Part shown: in pieces, positions 1-9,583 of the stretch
Layout: every line of letters starts with the position of its first letter
How positions within the stretch are numbered: the stretch's first letter is position 1
DNA from: an uncultured candidate division Zixibacteria bacterium
GTDB lineage: Bacteria > Zixibacteria > MSB-5A5 > GN15 > FEB-12
Direction: 5' to 3'
NCBI GenBank assembly: GCA_963806185.1
Contig: CAWDXE010000004.1
Span: 1-64,000, forward strand
Length of the DNA: 64,000 nt
Program-made: the position numbers and the translations under genes
Notes under the pieces: model-generated
Seen by the model: only the letters and a program-made list of their open reading frames with translations
Databases searched by the model: none
What the model was told of the DNA's origin: nothing

Positions 1-615
1 GCCGGATTCACCTATCGGACATTTACCAATTTTGAGATCGATCTCTCTACCTCTGAAGAAGTCATCTGGTCGCAACTTAAGGGTTCCTGTCGCACCAGCG
101 TGAGGAAGGCGGAACGCGAGGGAGTTACGGTTGAATCCGCCAACGACGATGGTTTTGCTGACGACTATTTTGCCCAGCTCATCGATGTGTTCGCAAAACA
201 GAATCTGAAACCGACTTATACGATTAAGCGCGTTCGCCTGTTGATGAAACACTTGCTCCCCACCGGCAACCTACTGTTGGTGCGGGCGCGCCACCCCGAC
301 GGCCAGTGCATTGCCACCGGCATCTATCCCGGGTTCAACGGCACCATGTCGTTCTGGGGAGGGGCGAGCCGGCGAGAGCACCAGATTCTTCAGCCCAATG
401 AGGCGGTCCACTGGTTCGCCATGAAGTACTGGAAAGCGCGCGGCATGGTGCGGTGTGACATGGGGGGCGGGGGAGAGTACAAGCGAAAATTCGGTGGCCA
501 GGAATTTCATCTCCCCTGGATCCGTCAGTCGAAATACGGGATGCTGGAATCGTTCCGAGGTATCGCCAAGCGGGCGATCGAATTGAAGCAGCGATCCGGT
601 CCCTCGAAGAAGTAA
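1..615 (+). CDS. GNAT/FemAB-like N-acetyltransferase, 5' truncated by window edge
   Basis: Frame is open from base 1 (AGFTYRTFTNFEIDLSTSEEVIWSQLKGSCRTSVRKAEREGV). IDL..EE.W....R..VRKA, PNE.VHW.AM and DMGGGGEYKRKFGG are FemAB/BioF2-like GNAT motifs. Confidence 0.8.
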   Translation, partial: AGFTYRTFTNFEIDLSTSEEVIWSQLKGSCRTSVRKAEREGVTVESANDDGFADDYFAQLIDVFAKQNLKPTYTIKRVRLLMKHLLPTGNLLLVRARHPDGQCIATGIYPGFNGTMSFWGGASRREHQILQPNEAVHWFAMKYWKARGMVRCDMGGGGEYKRKFGGQEFHLPWIRQSKYGMLESFRGIAKRAIELKQRSGPSKK

Positions 616-661
616 CAACGGCCGGTGCGTATGGCGCTCCGATCATGTATATTGGCGACCT

Positions 662-1972
662 ATGGCTGAACGCGAAATGAAGAAAGTAGCCGTTACTACG
701 CTGGGTTGCCGTCTTAATCAGTATGAGACTGAGAAGATGGCGGCCGAGCTCTATCCGTTTGGCTTTACGCGTGCCAAGCCGGGTGAGTCGGCCGATCTAT
801 ATATCATTAATACCTGCACGGTAACTCATCGGGCCGACTCCGACAGCCGCCAGACAATCAGCAAGATCGCGCGCGAAAATCCCAACGGCCGAATAGTCGT
901 TGCCGGCTGCTATGTCGACAATGATCCGGAGAGAATCGCGGGACTTGAAGGGGTCGACGTCATCATCCGCAATATGGAGAAAAGTGCGATAGCGTCGATC
1001 CTCCCGTCACGTCTACCTGATCTCTTCCACGACGATATCGAGAAGGGATGCTCGGTCAGTATTCCCGATTTTCTCGGTCACAACCGGGCCTGGCTGAAAG
1101 TTTCCGATGGCTGCAACCAGTGGTGTTCGTTCTGCATCATACCGACCGTTCGTGGTCGTCTGCGGAATCGTACGGCCGAGGAGATACTCGCCGAAGTGAA
1201 GGGGCTGGCTCAAAAAGGGTTCAGGGAAATCGTACTTACGGGGATTCATCTCGGCCATTATAAGCATCGTACCGCCGAGCCGCAGATGAAAAACCTCGCG
1301 GCATTGTGTAAGTACATTCTCGAGAATTCCGACGTACCGCGTATTCGGTTGTCGTCTATCGAACCACAGACCGTGCGCGATGATCTGATCAGGGCCTATG
1401 CCGATTCCGACGGACGCATCTGTCGGCACTGGCACTTGCCGCTGCAATCAGGTTCCTCTCGCATACTTCGCCTGATGCAGCGACCCTACGATCAGAATCT
1501 GTATCTCAAGCGCGCTGCGGCGGTCAAAGAAGCTGTCGCCAATACGGTGATCGGGGCCGATGTTATCGTCGGGTTTCCCGGTGAGACTGACGAAGATTTC
1601 GCCAAGACTCGTCGCGTAGTCGAATCCGGCGTGATCGACTACCTGCACGTCTTCAGCTATTCCGATCGGCCCGGCACGCCCGCCTCGAAGCTCACTGACA
1701 AAGTCAAACCGGAAATCATCCGTGAACGCAACGCCATCCTCACGCGCATCTCCAACGACCTCCGTGCGAAGGCATATCGTCGCCAGGTCGGTCAGACTCT
1801 TTCGGCTATAGCCGAACACAAGAAACTTGAAAACGGCCACTTCTGGGGTGTGTCCGATAATTACCTCAAGGTGAAGCTGCCCGGCCATCTCGAAGGCGGC
1901 AAAGAAATCGTCCGCGTCCGCATCACGGCGGCCTTCGACAGTCATGTCGAAGGTGAGCCTGTTACCGGCTAG
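662..1972 (+). CDS. mtaB: tRNA t6A37 methylthiotransferase MtaB
   Basis: TLGCRLNQYE and INTCTVT (UPF0004 domain), radical SAM CNQWCSFC, EIVLTGIHLG, LHVFSYSDRPGT. Confidence 0.93.
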   Translation: MAEREMKKVAVTTLGCRLNQYETEKMAAELYPFGFTRAKPGESADLYIINTCTVTHRADSDSRQTISKIARENPNGRIVVAGCYVDNDPERIAGLEGVDVIIRNMEKSAIASILPSRLPDLFHDDIEKGCSVSIPDFLGHNRAWLKVSDGCNQWCSFCIIPTVRGRLRNRTAEEILAEVKGLAQKGFREIVLTGIHLGHYKHRTAEPQMKNLAALCKYILENSDVPRIRLSSIEPQTVRDDLIRAYADSDGRICRHWHLPLQSGSSRILRLMQRPYDQNLYLKRAAAVKEAVANTVIGADVIVGFPGETDEDFAKTRRVVESGVIDYLHVFSYSDRPGTPASKLTDKVKPEIIRERNAILTRISNDLRAKAYRRQVGQTLSAIAEHKKLENGHFWGVSDNYLKVKLPGHLEGGKEIVRVRITAAFDSHVEGEPVTG

Positions 1973-2112
1973 ATCAGCCGGACTTTCCACACATATTTTC
2001 CAACCTGCATAGGAAATGTTTTCTGGCGACCAGATTCTGGCCGCCGTTTTCATTTTGGTGCCGATGCGGCAACTGTGTGTGATTCAACCAGTTGAATGTT
2101 CTCAATACAAGT

Positions 2113-2128
2113 TGGCACGGCTTCTGCA
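2113..2128 (+). promoter_or_regulatory. sigma54 (-24/-12) promoter of the hook/switch operon
   Basis: TGGCACGGCTTCTGCA; GG at 2114-15 and GC at 2126-27 give exact -24/-12 spacing, about 40 bp upstream of the first flagellar gene. Confidence 0.8.
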
Positions 2129-2169
2129 AAGGCATAGCCCGGCGAAAAACCATTTTTTAGGGATTTAGT

Positions 2170-2964
2170 GTGTCTAACGAGACGAAACAGCCCGATCTGA
2201 ATGCGACTCCCGAATCGGACGCGCAGCCCAAGGCGGCGTCAAAAAGCGGTCTCATCAAGTACATCATCTTTGGTGTGGCAGGCTTGGTGATCATCGGCGG
2301 TGTGGCGTTCGGCACCCTGTTGCTTCTCGGTGGCGGCAACTCGTCCAAGGCTCCAGCTGAAGATGAGGCCAAGTCCGAGACAAATTCGACCGGTAAAACA
2401 GGGTCCACTCGTGCGATGGCCGCCGCTGACACTCTTCCCGCTGAAGATTCTCTCGCCCTTCTTAATGATGATTCTCTGCTCGCCGCGATCATGGCCGAGG
2501 CTGACGGCGATTCGTCGATTCTCGACGACGTCCAGGCGCAGCTCAATTATCTCGACGTCGCTGACACGCAAAATCTGGATATGTCTGCGGAATCCCACGC
2601 CGACAAGGCTGACTCCGCCAAAGAAACCAGTTGGCTCACCGAGCAGCGAGACGCTCTGACCAAAAGGGAGAAGGAGCTCGCCGAACGCGAACACGCGCTT
2701 GAGATTCGGGATAAGAAGATTCAGCAGCAAATCACCCGTCTCGAACAGGCAGAATCGGCCCGCGTGACCAATCTGGCGAAACTCTATGATGGTATGGAAG
2801 CGCGCCAGGTGGCCGAGCTCATGGCCAATCTCGATGACGAAACCGTGGTTTCGGTGCTCCCTCGCATGAAGCCGAAAAATGCCTCCCAAGTTCTGGGGCT
2901 GATGCCTCCGGCGAGAGCGGCCAAACTCTCCAAACAGATGATTACTATTGCAGGCACAGAATGA
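2170..2964 (+). CDS. MotE/FlbB/YlxF-like flagellar protein (TM anchor, coiled coil, MgtE-N-like C-terminal domain)
   Basis: Single N-terminal TM helix; coiled coil; LAKLYDGMEARQVAELMANLDDETVVSVLPRMKPKNASQVL; directly upstream of fliK. Confidence 0.75.
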   Translation: MSNETKQPDLNATPESDAQPKAASKSGLIKYIIFGVAGLVIIGGVAFGTLLLLGGGNSSKAPAEDEAKSETNSTGKTGSTRAMAAADTLPAEDSLALLNDDSLLAAIMAEADGDSSILDDVQAQLNYLDVADTQNLDMSAESHADKADSAKETSWLTEQRDALTKREKELAEREHALEIRDKKIQQQITRLEQAESARVTNLAKLYDGMEARQVAELMANLDDETVVSVLPRMKPKNASQVLGLMPPARAAKLSKQMITIAGTE

Positions 2965-4526
2965 TTACCGCCGGTTCACAGAATTTTGATCTTCTCGGCC
3001 TCGGCGGTAATCAGCCGATTGTCGGCGGACCGCAACTGCCGTCGCCGCTTCAGGCAGCCGGCACGCCTGCGTTTGGCAATATCCTCGACTTGTTACTCGG
3101 CGCAACGACTTCACCGGCGACTCCCTTTATGACTGGGGCGCCGACCGCTGAGGATCCGATCCCTGGTCAGTTCAACGATGCGCTAAACCAACTCACTGCC
3201 GACATCCAGGCTGCCGCAGCCATGGCTGCCTCTTTGCCCAGCTTCGCCCCCGAAACGACGGGCGCGGCGGTCACAGACCAAGCCTCCACGGCAACAGACA
3301 TCCCGTCACCGGACAGCACTGCCTCCGCTCCGATTGTCGAGTTGCTTCCGAACATCTCAGCGTCGAATGTCCGAGCGTTGTTACAGCAGACGGCAACCGC
3401 CCCCGCGGCCGGTGCTTATTCGGTGCTTTCAAGTCAGCTTAAGAATGATACGGTCGAATTTACGGTGCAGCCAGATCAGGATAAATCCAAGACGATGGTC
3501 CTGACGCTGCCGGTATCGACCCTCAAAGATGTTTCCTCCCTCCTTTCGATGAACGGCTCCCAAGGCATTTCCGGTAGTCGCGGATCTGTCCTGGGTCAGC
3601 CGATGCGTGTATCTCTTGGCGAGAGCATAGAGACTTCCAGGACGGTAGACTCTGTGCTCTCAAAACTGAATGTCCGTGAAATCATCATAGATGCCGGTTC
3701 TACGGCCGCGCAAGGGCAGTCGACCAAGCCGGAGATCGCCGTCACGTTGATGGGCGAATTCCAGGCGACGCCCGTACAACTCAAACTCCAGGCCGATCCC
3801 CGTCAGCTTCGGTTGAAAAATGCCTCCAGCACGTCCGAAGCGGATCTGCTCAGCGAGCCTGTCCCGGCGGCCAAGGAATCCAACCTAACCAGCCAAGCCG
3901 TCACGGCAATCTCGGAAAACAGGGCGGCCGATCAAAATCTTGACCGGACAACCCGCCTCACCCGCGAATTTGCCCTGCCCAAGAAAGTCGAGCTCGCTCT
4001 GGTGAAGTCCGACCTTGCCAATTCGGCGATGGCCGTGACTACCGATTCCGGAACGAAGCTGACCACCACCGTCGAGAATCTCCTCCCTGCGCAGCAGGTT
4101 AAATTCACACTACCCGACTTGTCGGCGAAGTCAATGCTGGAAACCGGGCGCAGCGTCACCATCAAGATAGAACCCGATTACCTCGGCCCGGCCAGGCTGC
4201 ACCTCTCTATTAATAATGATGCTCTGACAGCCCGGGTAACGGTGGACTCAACTCAGGCCAAGGCGGCGATCGAAGGATCGCTTGACCGTCTCACCGATCA
4301 GTTGAACAAAGCCGGTGTGACCGTAAACCGAATCGAAGTATCACTATCAAATAACGGCGCCGGACAGCAGTCGGCCGATCATCAGGCCAACTGGTACCGT
4401 CCGACCCGACTCCCGTTCATGGGACTAAACGAATCAATGGTATTGACGAGTCAAACATTGACTCCAAACAGTGGCCAGCAATCGCGCCAGTATCTGTATG
4501 CGCGAGGCGTCAATGTGTACGCATAG
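2961..4526 (+). CDS. fliK: Flagellar hook-length control protein FliK
   Basis: Low-complexity A/T/S/P-rich N-terminal part; C-terminal IKIEPDYLGPARLHL...LDRLTDQLNKAGV; precedes flgD. Confidence 0.85.
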   Translation: MITAGSQNFDLLGLGGNQPIVGGPQLPSPLQAAGTPAFGNILDLLLGATTSPATPFMTGAPTAEDPIPGQFNDALNQLTADIQAAAAMAASLPSFAPETTGAAVTDQASTATDIPSPDSTASAPIVELLPNISASNVRALLQQTATAPAAGAYSVLSSQLKNDTVEFTVQPDQDKSKTMVLTLPVSTLKDVSSLLSMNGSQGISGSRGSVLGQPMRVSLGESIETSRTVDSVLSKLNVREIIIDAGSTAAQGQSTKPEIAVTLMGEFQATPVQLKLQADPRQLRLKNASSTSEADLLSEPVPAAKESNLTSQAVTAISENRAADQNLDRTTRLTREFALPKKVELALVKSDLANSAMAVTTDSGTKLTTTVENLLPAQQVKFTLPDLSAKSMLETGRSVTIKIEPDYLGPARLHLSINNDALTARVTVDSTQAKAAIEGSLDRLTDQLNKAGVTVNRIEVSLSNNGAGQQSADHQANWYRPTRLPFMGLNESMVLTSQTLTPNSGQQSRQYLYARGVNVYA

Positions 4527-4535
4527 GAGAGAATC

Positions 4536-5228
4536 ATGGGAATCATTAACCCGGTAGCAACCGACAGCAGCGGCAATGCAATTACCAGCAGCTCCATGCA
4601 GACGCTTGGGAAAGATGATTTCCTCCAGCTATTGGTGACCAAACTCCAATATCAGGATCCGCTCAATCCGGCCAGCGATGAGGACTTTATCGCGCAGCTC
4701 GCGCAGTTCTCTTCACTGGAGCAGATGAGTAATATCTCAGACGGAATCTCCACCTCGAACCAGTGGGATTACCTGCAGATGCAGTCGCTGAACAACGTCA
4801 TGGCGTCCGGCTTCATCGGCAAGGAAGTTCGCGCCGAATACGACAGTGTCTACTTCGACGGCAAAACCGGCCCGACTATTTCTTACACAACTGACCGGGC
4901 CGCCCAGAATATCAAGTTTACCGTCAAGAATGCCGCCGGCGAAGTGGTTACCACGTTTACGGAGAAAGACATCGCGGCCGGCACCCATTCGGTGAAGTGG
5001 AACGGGAAAGACAAGACGGGTAACACCGTCGACGCCGGCAGCTACACCATCACGGCCGAGGGCACAACCTCCGCCGACGCCACGTTCACCCCCAGCCTCG
5101 CTTTGCAGGGTGTCTGCAGCAAGGTCGTTTACCGCGACGGCTCGGCCTATGTGCTGGTAAACGGCACCGAAATCGCCCTGGGCGACATTCGCGAAGTCGG
5201 CGAACCCGGCACTCTGGACGGAGAATAA
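4536..5228 (+). CDS. flgD: Flagellar hook capping protein FlgD
   Basis: LGKDDFLQLLVTKLQYQDPLNP...FIAQLAQFSSLEQM; Ig domain WNGKDKTG...GSY. Confidence 0.95.
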   Translation: MGIINPVATDSSGNAITSSSMQTLGKDDFLQLLVTKLQYQDPLNPASDEDFIAQLAQFSSLEQMSNISDGISTSNQWDYLQMQSLNNVMASGFIGKEVRAEYDSVYFDGKTGPTISYTTDRAAQNIKFTVKNAAGEVVTTFTEKDIAAGTHSVKWNGKDKTGNTVDAGSYTITAEGTTSADATFTPSLALQGVCSKVVYRDGSAYVLVNGTEIALGDIREVGEPGTLDGE

Positions 5229-5238
5229 CGAGTACGCT

Positions 5239-5643
5239 ATGGCCAACGCCCTGCGCATAAGCAATTATCAACGGCCGGTCAATCTTCTCGAGATTGCCAA
5301 TCGCGGCAATCAGGGGACGAAGCAGACTGACAAGGCCGACGGCTCATTCCTGAATATCATGAACGAACAGCTCGGCGCCCCCGGGTCGACGTCGGTCAAT
5401 TTCTCCAAACATGCACAGGAACGCCTCCACTCCCGAGGTATCGAGTTGTCCCCGGAAACGCTTCAGCAGGTTTCAGGTGCTATCGACAAGGCACAGGCAA
5501 AGGGATCGCGCGAGACATTGGTGCTGACCGACGATGTGGCACTGGTCATCGGTGTCAAAGACCGCACTGTCATCACGGCCTTTGACAAGGACAAACTGCG
5601 CGAAGGGATCGTCACGTCAATAGATTCCGCGGTGATCCTGTGA
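5239..5643 (+). CDS. Flagellar operon protein (TIGR02530 family)
   Basis: FSKHAQERL..RGI, AIDKAQAKGSRETL, VKDRTVITA, TSIDSAV; typical position between flgD and flgE. Confidence 0.85.
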   Translation: MANALRISNYQRPVNLLEIANRGNQGTKQTDKADGSFLNIMNEQLGAPGSTSVNFSKHAQERLHSRGIELSPETLQQVSGAIDKAQAKGSRETLVLTDDVALVIGVKDRTVITAFDKDKLREGIVTSIDSAVIL

Positions 5644-5680
5644 GAAAGCAAATGATAACGAGACTTAATACTATTCAATC

Positions 5681-5713
5681 AGGGCTGGACCCCGTCACAA
5701 ACGGGGGGGCCTT
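5681..5713 (+). promoter_or_regulatory. Stem-loop in the flgE leader (candidate cis-regulatory RNA)
   Basis: agggc-tgga-ccccgt-cacaa-acgggg-gg-gcctt; no U-tract; just upstream of the GGAGG RBS. Confidence 0.4.
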
Positions 5714-5740
5714 GCGTGACATCACGGAGGTTGTACTACT

Positions 5741-7732
5741 ATGATGGGATCGTTGTACGCCGGTGTTTCCGGCCTGCGCAACCACCAGACGAAAATGAAC
5801 GTCATTGGCAACAACATCGCCAATGTCAACACGATCGGCTTCAAGGCCGGCCGGGTGAATTTTCAAGAGGCGCTGGTGCAGACGTACAAAGGTGCCGGTC
5901 GTCCAAACGCCGTCACCGGCGGCACCAACTCCCTGCAGATCGGACTCGGTATGCAGGTGGCCGCTATCGACAATCTGTTCACTCAGGGTGGTCTCGAGAC
6001 TACCGGTCAGATCACTGATCTGGCGATCCAGGGCTCGGGCTTCTTCATTCTGGGTGACAACAACGGTAATCGCTATTACAGTCGGGCTGGAGCTTTCGGC
6101 ATCGACGCCGATTCCAACCTGGTGGATCCGGCTACCGGTCTATTCGTTCAGGGAAAAATGGCTGACGCCTCCGGCAATATTCCGTCGCTGGCGACGATCG
6201 GCGCAATCCGGCTCCCGTTTGGCCAGCAGGATGCCGCCCGGGCAACCGAGGTGGTGAGGATGGCCAATAATATTGACGCTTCCGCTACTGATTCGGTGGC
6301 GACGCTGGTCAACGCCGGCAGTTCGGGCATCGTCTCCGTCAGCGGCACCGCTCTCAACGGTGTCGGCGGCACACACACGGTGACGGTCACCGGTGCGCAG
6401 GCTCAAAATGCCTCGTATGCCGGCACCAGTGTGGGCGACGACGGTGCGGGCGGGATCGTGGCCAATCTCGGTTCATCGATGACGCTCGGGACTCTCGGCA
6501 TCACCGACTTCACCAACTTCGGCTTCGCCGTGGACGGTGGTACGACCGAGATCATCTCCGGGCTAAACGCCAACTCCACGGTACAGGACGTCATCAACTC
6601 GATCAATTTGATTTCCGGACTTCACGCCCAGTTGACGGGCGGACAATTGCAGGTGACCCGCACCAAGGCCGGCGCTCCGGCCGAATACGGCTTCACCTCA
6701 ACTGCCGGCGTTCATAATAGCGCTGCCGCTGCTCCGGCTTCCACCGGTAACATCGTTGGCGTGCTCTTTGGCGTCAATGGCAGTTCGGTTACCTCCGCGG
6801 GCGGTGCGGCCAACACCTTTGTAGCGACTGACGTTTTCACGCCGGATCGCGGCTATGGTGGCGCGGCCGGGCCGGTTAGTTCGCAGCTCAGCCTCGTCAT
6901 CAACGACAGCACCGGTCTGGTGACCGGACTCAACGGATTGGGCGGCGGTGGTGTGACGGTTGAAAGCGTCAACGGTTTGACCGCAACCGGCGCCAATCCG
7001 CTCGTTGTGAAGACGGATCAGACACTGCACTCAACCTCCCTGAACGTCTACGATTCTCAGGGCGGTACCCATACATTGACGATTGAGTTCTTTAAGTCGA
7101 TCGTCCCGAACCGCTGGGAATGGACGGCCTCCACTATCGGTGTCGAAGAAGTCACCGGCGGTCGGAACGGGTACGTTTCGTTCAATTCCGACGGCTCGCT
7201 CAACACCTTCGACTATTTTGGCGGTGCGACCGGTATCACCATCGATCCGCACAATGGCGCCGAAGTCATGCAGATGCGCATTGACGCCGGCTCCATCGGC
7301 GAATTCAACGGCCTGACCGGCTTTGCTTCCGGCAACCACACGGCGTCGATCACCGGGCAGGATGGCTACGGCGTAGGGATTCTCGAAAAGATTGCCATCG
7401 ACGGCAGCGGCAACATCTCGGGTATCTTCACCAACGGTGTGACCCGCGTACTGGCGCAGATCATGCTCGCCGACTTCAATAACCAGGGCGGTTTGCGCAA
7501 ATCGGGACGGTCGTACTACCAGCCGTCGCCGAACTCGGGTGACGCTGTTGCCGGCGTGGCCGGACAGACCATCAGCGGCTCGATCACCTCCGGCGCGCTC
7601 GAATCGTCATCGGTCGACGTCGCGCAGGAATTCACCAACATGATCACAACCCAGCGTGGATTTCAGGCCAACGCCCGAATTATCACGACGTCGGACAACA
7701 TGCTCGACGAGCTGGTGAACCTGAAGAGATAA
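5741..7732 (+). CDS. flgE: Flagellar hook protein FlgE (long form)
   Basis: SLYAGVSGL...IGNNIANVNTIGFK, DLAIQGSGFF, SRAGAF, VYDSQG, GALESSSVDVAQEFTNMITTQRGFQANAR. Confidence 0.95.
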   Translation: MMGSLYAGVSGLRNHQTKMNVIGNNIANVNTIGFKAGRVNFQEALVQTYKGAGRPNAVTGGTNSLQIGLGMQVAAIDNLFTQGGLETTGQITDLAIQGSGFFILGDNNGNRYYSRAGAFGIDADSNLVDPATGLFVQGKMADASGNIPSLATIGAIRLPFGQQDAARATEVVRMANNIDASATDSVATLVNAGSSGIVSVSGTALNGVGGTHTVTVTGAQAQNASYAGTSVGDDGAGGIVANLGSSMTLGTLGITDFTNFGFAVDGGTTEIISGLNANSTVQDVINSINLISGLHAQLTGGQLQVTRTKAGAPAEYGFTSTAGVHNSAAAAPASTGNIVGVLFGVNGSSVTSAGGAANTFVATDVFTPDRGYGGAAGPVSSQLSLVINDSTGLVTGLNGLGGGGVTVESVNGLTATGANPLVVKTDQTLHSTSLNVYDSQGGTHTLTIEFFKSIVPNRWEWTASTIGVEEVTGGRNGYVSFNSDGSLNTFDYFGGATGITIDPHNGAEVMQMRIDAGSIGEFNGLTGFASGNHTASITGQDGYGVGILEKIAIDGSGNISGIFTNGVTRVLAQIMLADFNNQGGLRKSGRSYYQPSPNSGDAVAGVAGQTISGSITSGALESSSVDVAQEFTNMITTQRGFQANARIITTSDNMLDELVNLKR

Positions 7733-7738
7733 TGAACA

Positions 7739-7975
7739 ATGATACGCGTCACCCGCATAAATGATCAGGAATTGGTGATCAACGCCGATCTGATCGAATT
7801 TGTCGAAGCGATTCCCGACACGATAATCTCCCTGACGACGGGGAAGAAGATCATCGTGCGGGAATCGACCAGCGACATCATCGAGCGGGTGGCGGCGTTC
7901 AAACGGAAATCGGCGGTCGCCCTCTCCTGGTCGACCGCCCACAAACCTGCCGATAGGAGTGCCTATGGCGGCTGA
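7739..7975 (+). CDS. flbD: Flagellar protein FlbD (SwrD family)
   Basis: MIRVTRIN...INADLIEFVEAIPDTIISLTTGKKIIVRES. Confidence 0.92.
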   Translation: MIRVTRINDQELVINADLIEFVEAIPDTIISLTTGKKIIVRESTSDIIERVAAFKRKSAVALSWSTAHKPADRSAYGG

Positions 7976-8567
7976 TCAGGATAAGACTACAATCGCCACC
8001 AAAGATGGCGCAGAAACCCCGGCTCCGGCCAAGAAGAAAGGCATGAGCAAACTCATCCTCTTCGGCGGCATCGGGGTCGGTGTCCTCGTTATCGGAGTGG
8101 CGCTGGCTTTGTTTGTACTCAAGCCGATGATGGCCGACACAGAGTCAGCGGACGCCTCGACCTCTACCGAAGAAAAGGCGGCCGACAAGACTGAGAAGGG
8201 CGCCGCGAAGGATAAAGAACCCAAGAAGGAAGCGAAGAAGGAAAGCAGTCACGGTGACAGCAAGGAATCGACGGTGTACACGATTGAGGATATCGTCGTC
8301 AATCCGGCCGGCACCGGCGGCCAGCGCTTTCTTTCCGTCTCGATCGGCTTCGAGGTCGCTTCTGCCGACGTGGTCGCTGCTCTTGAAAAGAAGGAACCGT
8401 TAGTGCGTGATGCCTTGATCACCATTCTGTCGTCCAAGACCATTGCGCAGCTCACCGATCCGAAACAAAAAGAGATCATTCGCTACCAGGTACGTAAGCG
8501 GGTTTCTGAATTGTTGAAAACCGACCAATTGGCCGGAGTGTATTACACCGACTTTGTATTGCAGTAG
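7965..8567 (+). CDS. fliL: Flagellar basal body-associated protein FliL
   Basis: TM helix, then IVVNPAGTGGQRFL...VRDALITILSSKT...VYYTDFVLQ; ATG at 7965 follows AGGAG. Confidence 0.92.
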   Translation: MAADQDKTTIATKDGAETPAPAKKKGMSKLILFGGIGVGVLVIGVALALFVLKPMMADTESADASTSTEEKAADKTEKGAAKDKEPKKEAKKESSHGDSKESTVYTIEDIVVNPAGTGGQRFLSVSIGFEVASADVVAALEKKEPLVRDALITILSSKTIAQLTDPKQKEIIRYQVRKRVSELLKTDQLAGVYYTDFVLQ

Positions 8568-8578
8568 GATAAGACGAC

Positions 8579-9583
8579 GTGGCAAAGATTCTCTCACAGG
8601 AAGAAATCGACGCGTTATTGACGACCGTGTCGACCAGCGACGCGGCCTCGGACGCGGAGAGCTTCGAGGACGACCGACTTCGCTCGATCGTGGCTTACGA
8701 CTTCAAGCACCCGAACCGGGTCTCCAAGGATCAGATTCGGACGCTGGAAAATATGCACGATAACTTCGCCGGCCACTTCGGCTCGGCGTTGTCGGCTATC
8801 CTGCGATCGATTGTCGATGTCGATTTGGTGTCGGTCGATCAGATCACGTACTCAGAATTCATCATGTCGCTGGTGTCCCCGTCGTGCACGTTTACGTTTG
8901 CCGCGACGCCGCTTGACGGCGTTTGTCTGGTGGACTACAATCCGACCCTCACCTTTGCCATCATCGACCGCATGTTCGGCGGACACGGCAAGATTCTTGA
9001 ATCCGAGCGCGATCTGACCGGCATCGAACGATCGGTGATGGCCCGGGTAGTCAGCCGGATGTATGAGGAGTTGCACAAGTCGTGGGAACACCTTGTTCAG
9101 ATTGACATCGAACAAAAGAGCTTCGAAACCAATCCGCAGTTCATTCAGATTGTTCCGCCGGGTGAATCGGTGGTCGTCATCTCATTCCAGATCAAACTGT
9201 TCCAGTCGACCGGATTGTTGACGATCTGCTATCCGTATGTCTCGCTCGAACCTATTGTTACCAAGCTCTCCGGTCAAAACTGGATCGACGCCACCAAGAA
9301 GAAAAATGCCACGGAAGATCGCCAGACCAATGAATCAAACCTGGCCGAAGTCGCCGGTGATGTATCGGCAGTGCTTCTGCGCTCCCGCATTCGAGTGCGC
9401 GATTTCCTTTCGCTGAAACTGGGTGACATCGTTCCGTCAGAAAAGAAGATTGACCTTCCCATCGAAGTGATGGTGAATCGCCGACGCAAATACCTGGGAC
9501 GACCGGGGTTGTCCGGCAAGAAGCGGGCAGTCCAGGTCATGGAGGTCCTGCCGAATATCATGGAGGAGATGAAAAATGGCTGA
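8579..9583 (+). CDS. fliM: Flagellar motor switch protein FliM
   Basis: ILSQEEIDALL, YDFKHPNRVSKDQIRTL, ETNPQFIQIV. Confidence 0.96.
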   Translation: MAKILSQEEIDALLTTVSTSDAASDAESFEDDRLRSIVAYDFKHPNRVSKDQIRTLENMHDNFAGHFGSALSAILRSIVDVDLVSVDQITYSEFIMSLVSPSCTFTFAATPLDGVCLVDYNPTLTFAIIDRMFGGHGKILESERDLTGIERSVMARVVSRMYEELHKSWEHLVQIDIEQKSFETNPQFIQIVPPGESVVVISFQIKLFQSTGLLTICYPYVSLEPIVTKLSGQNWIDATKKKNATEDRQTNESNLAEVAGDVSAVLLRSRIRVRDFLSLKLGDIVPSEKKIDLPIEVMVNRRRKYLGRPGLSGKKRAVQVMEVLPNIMEEMKNG

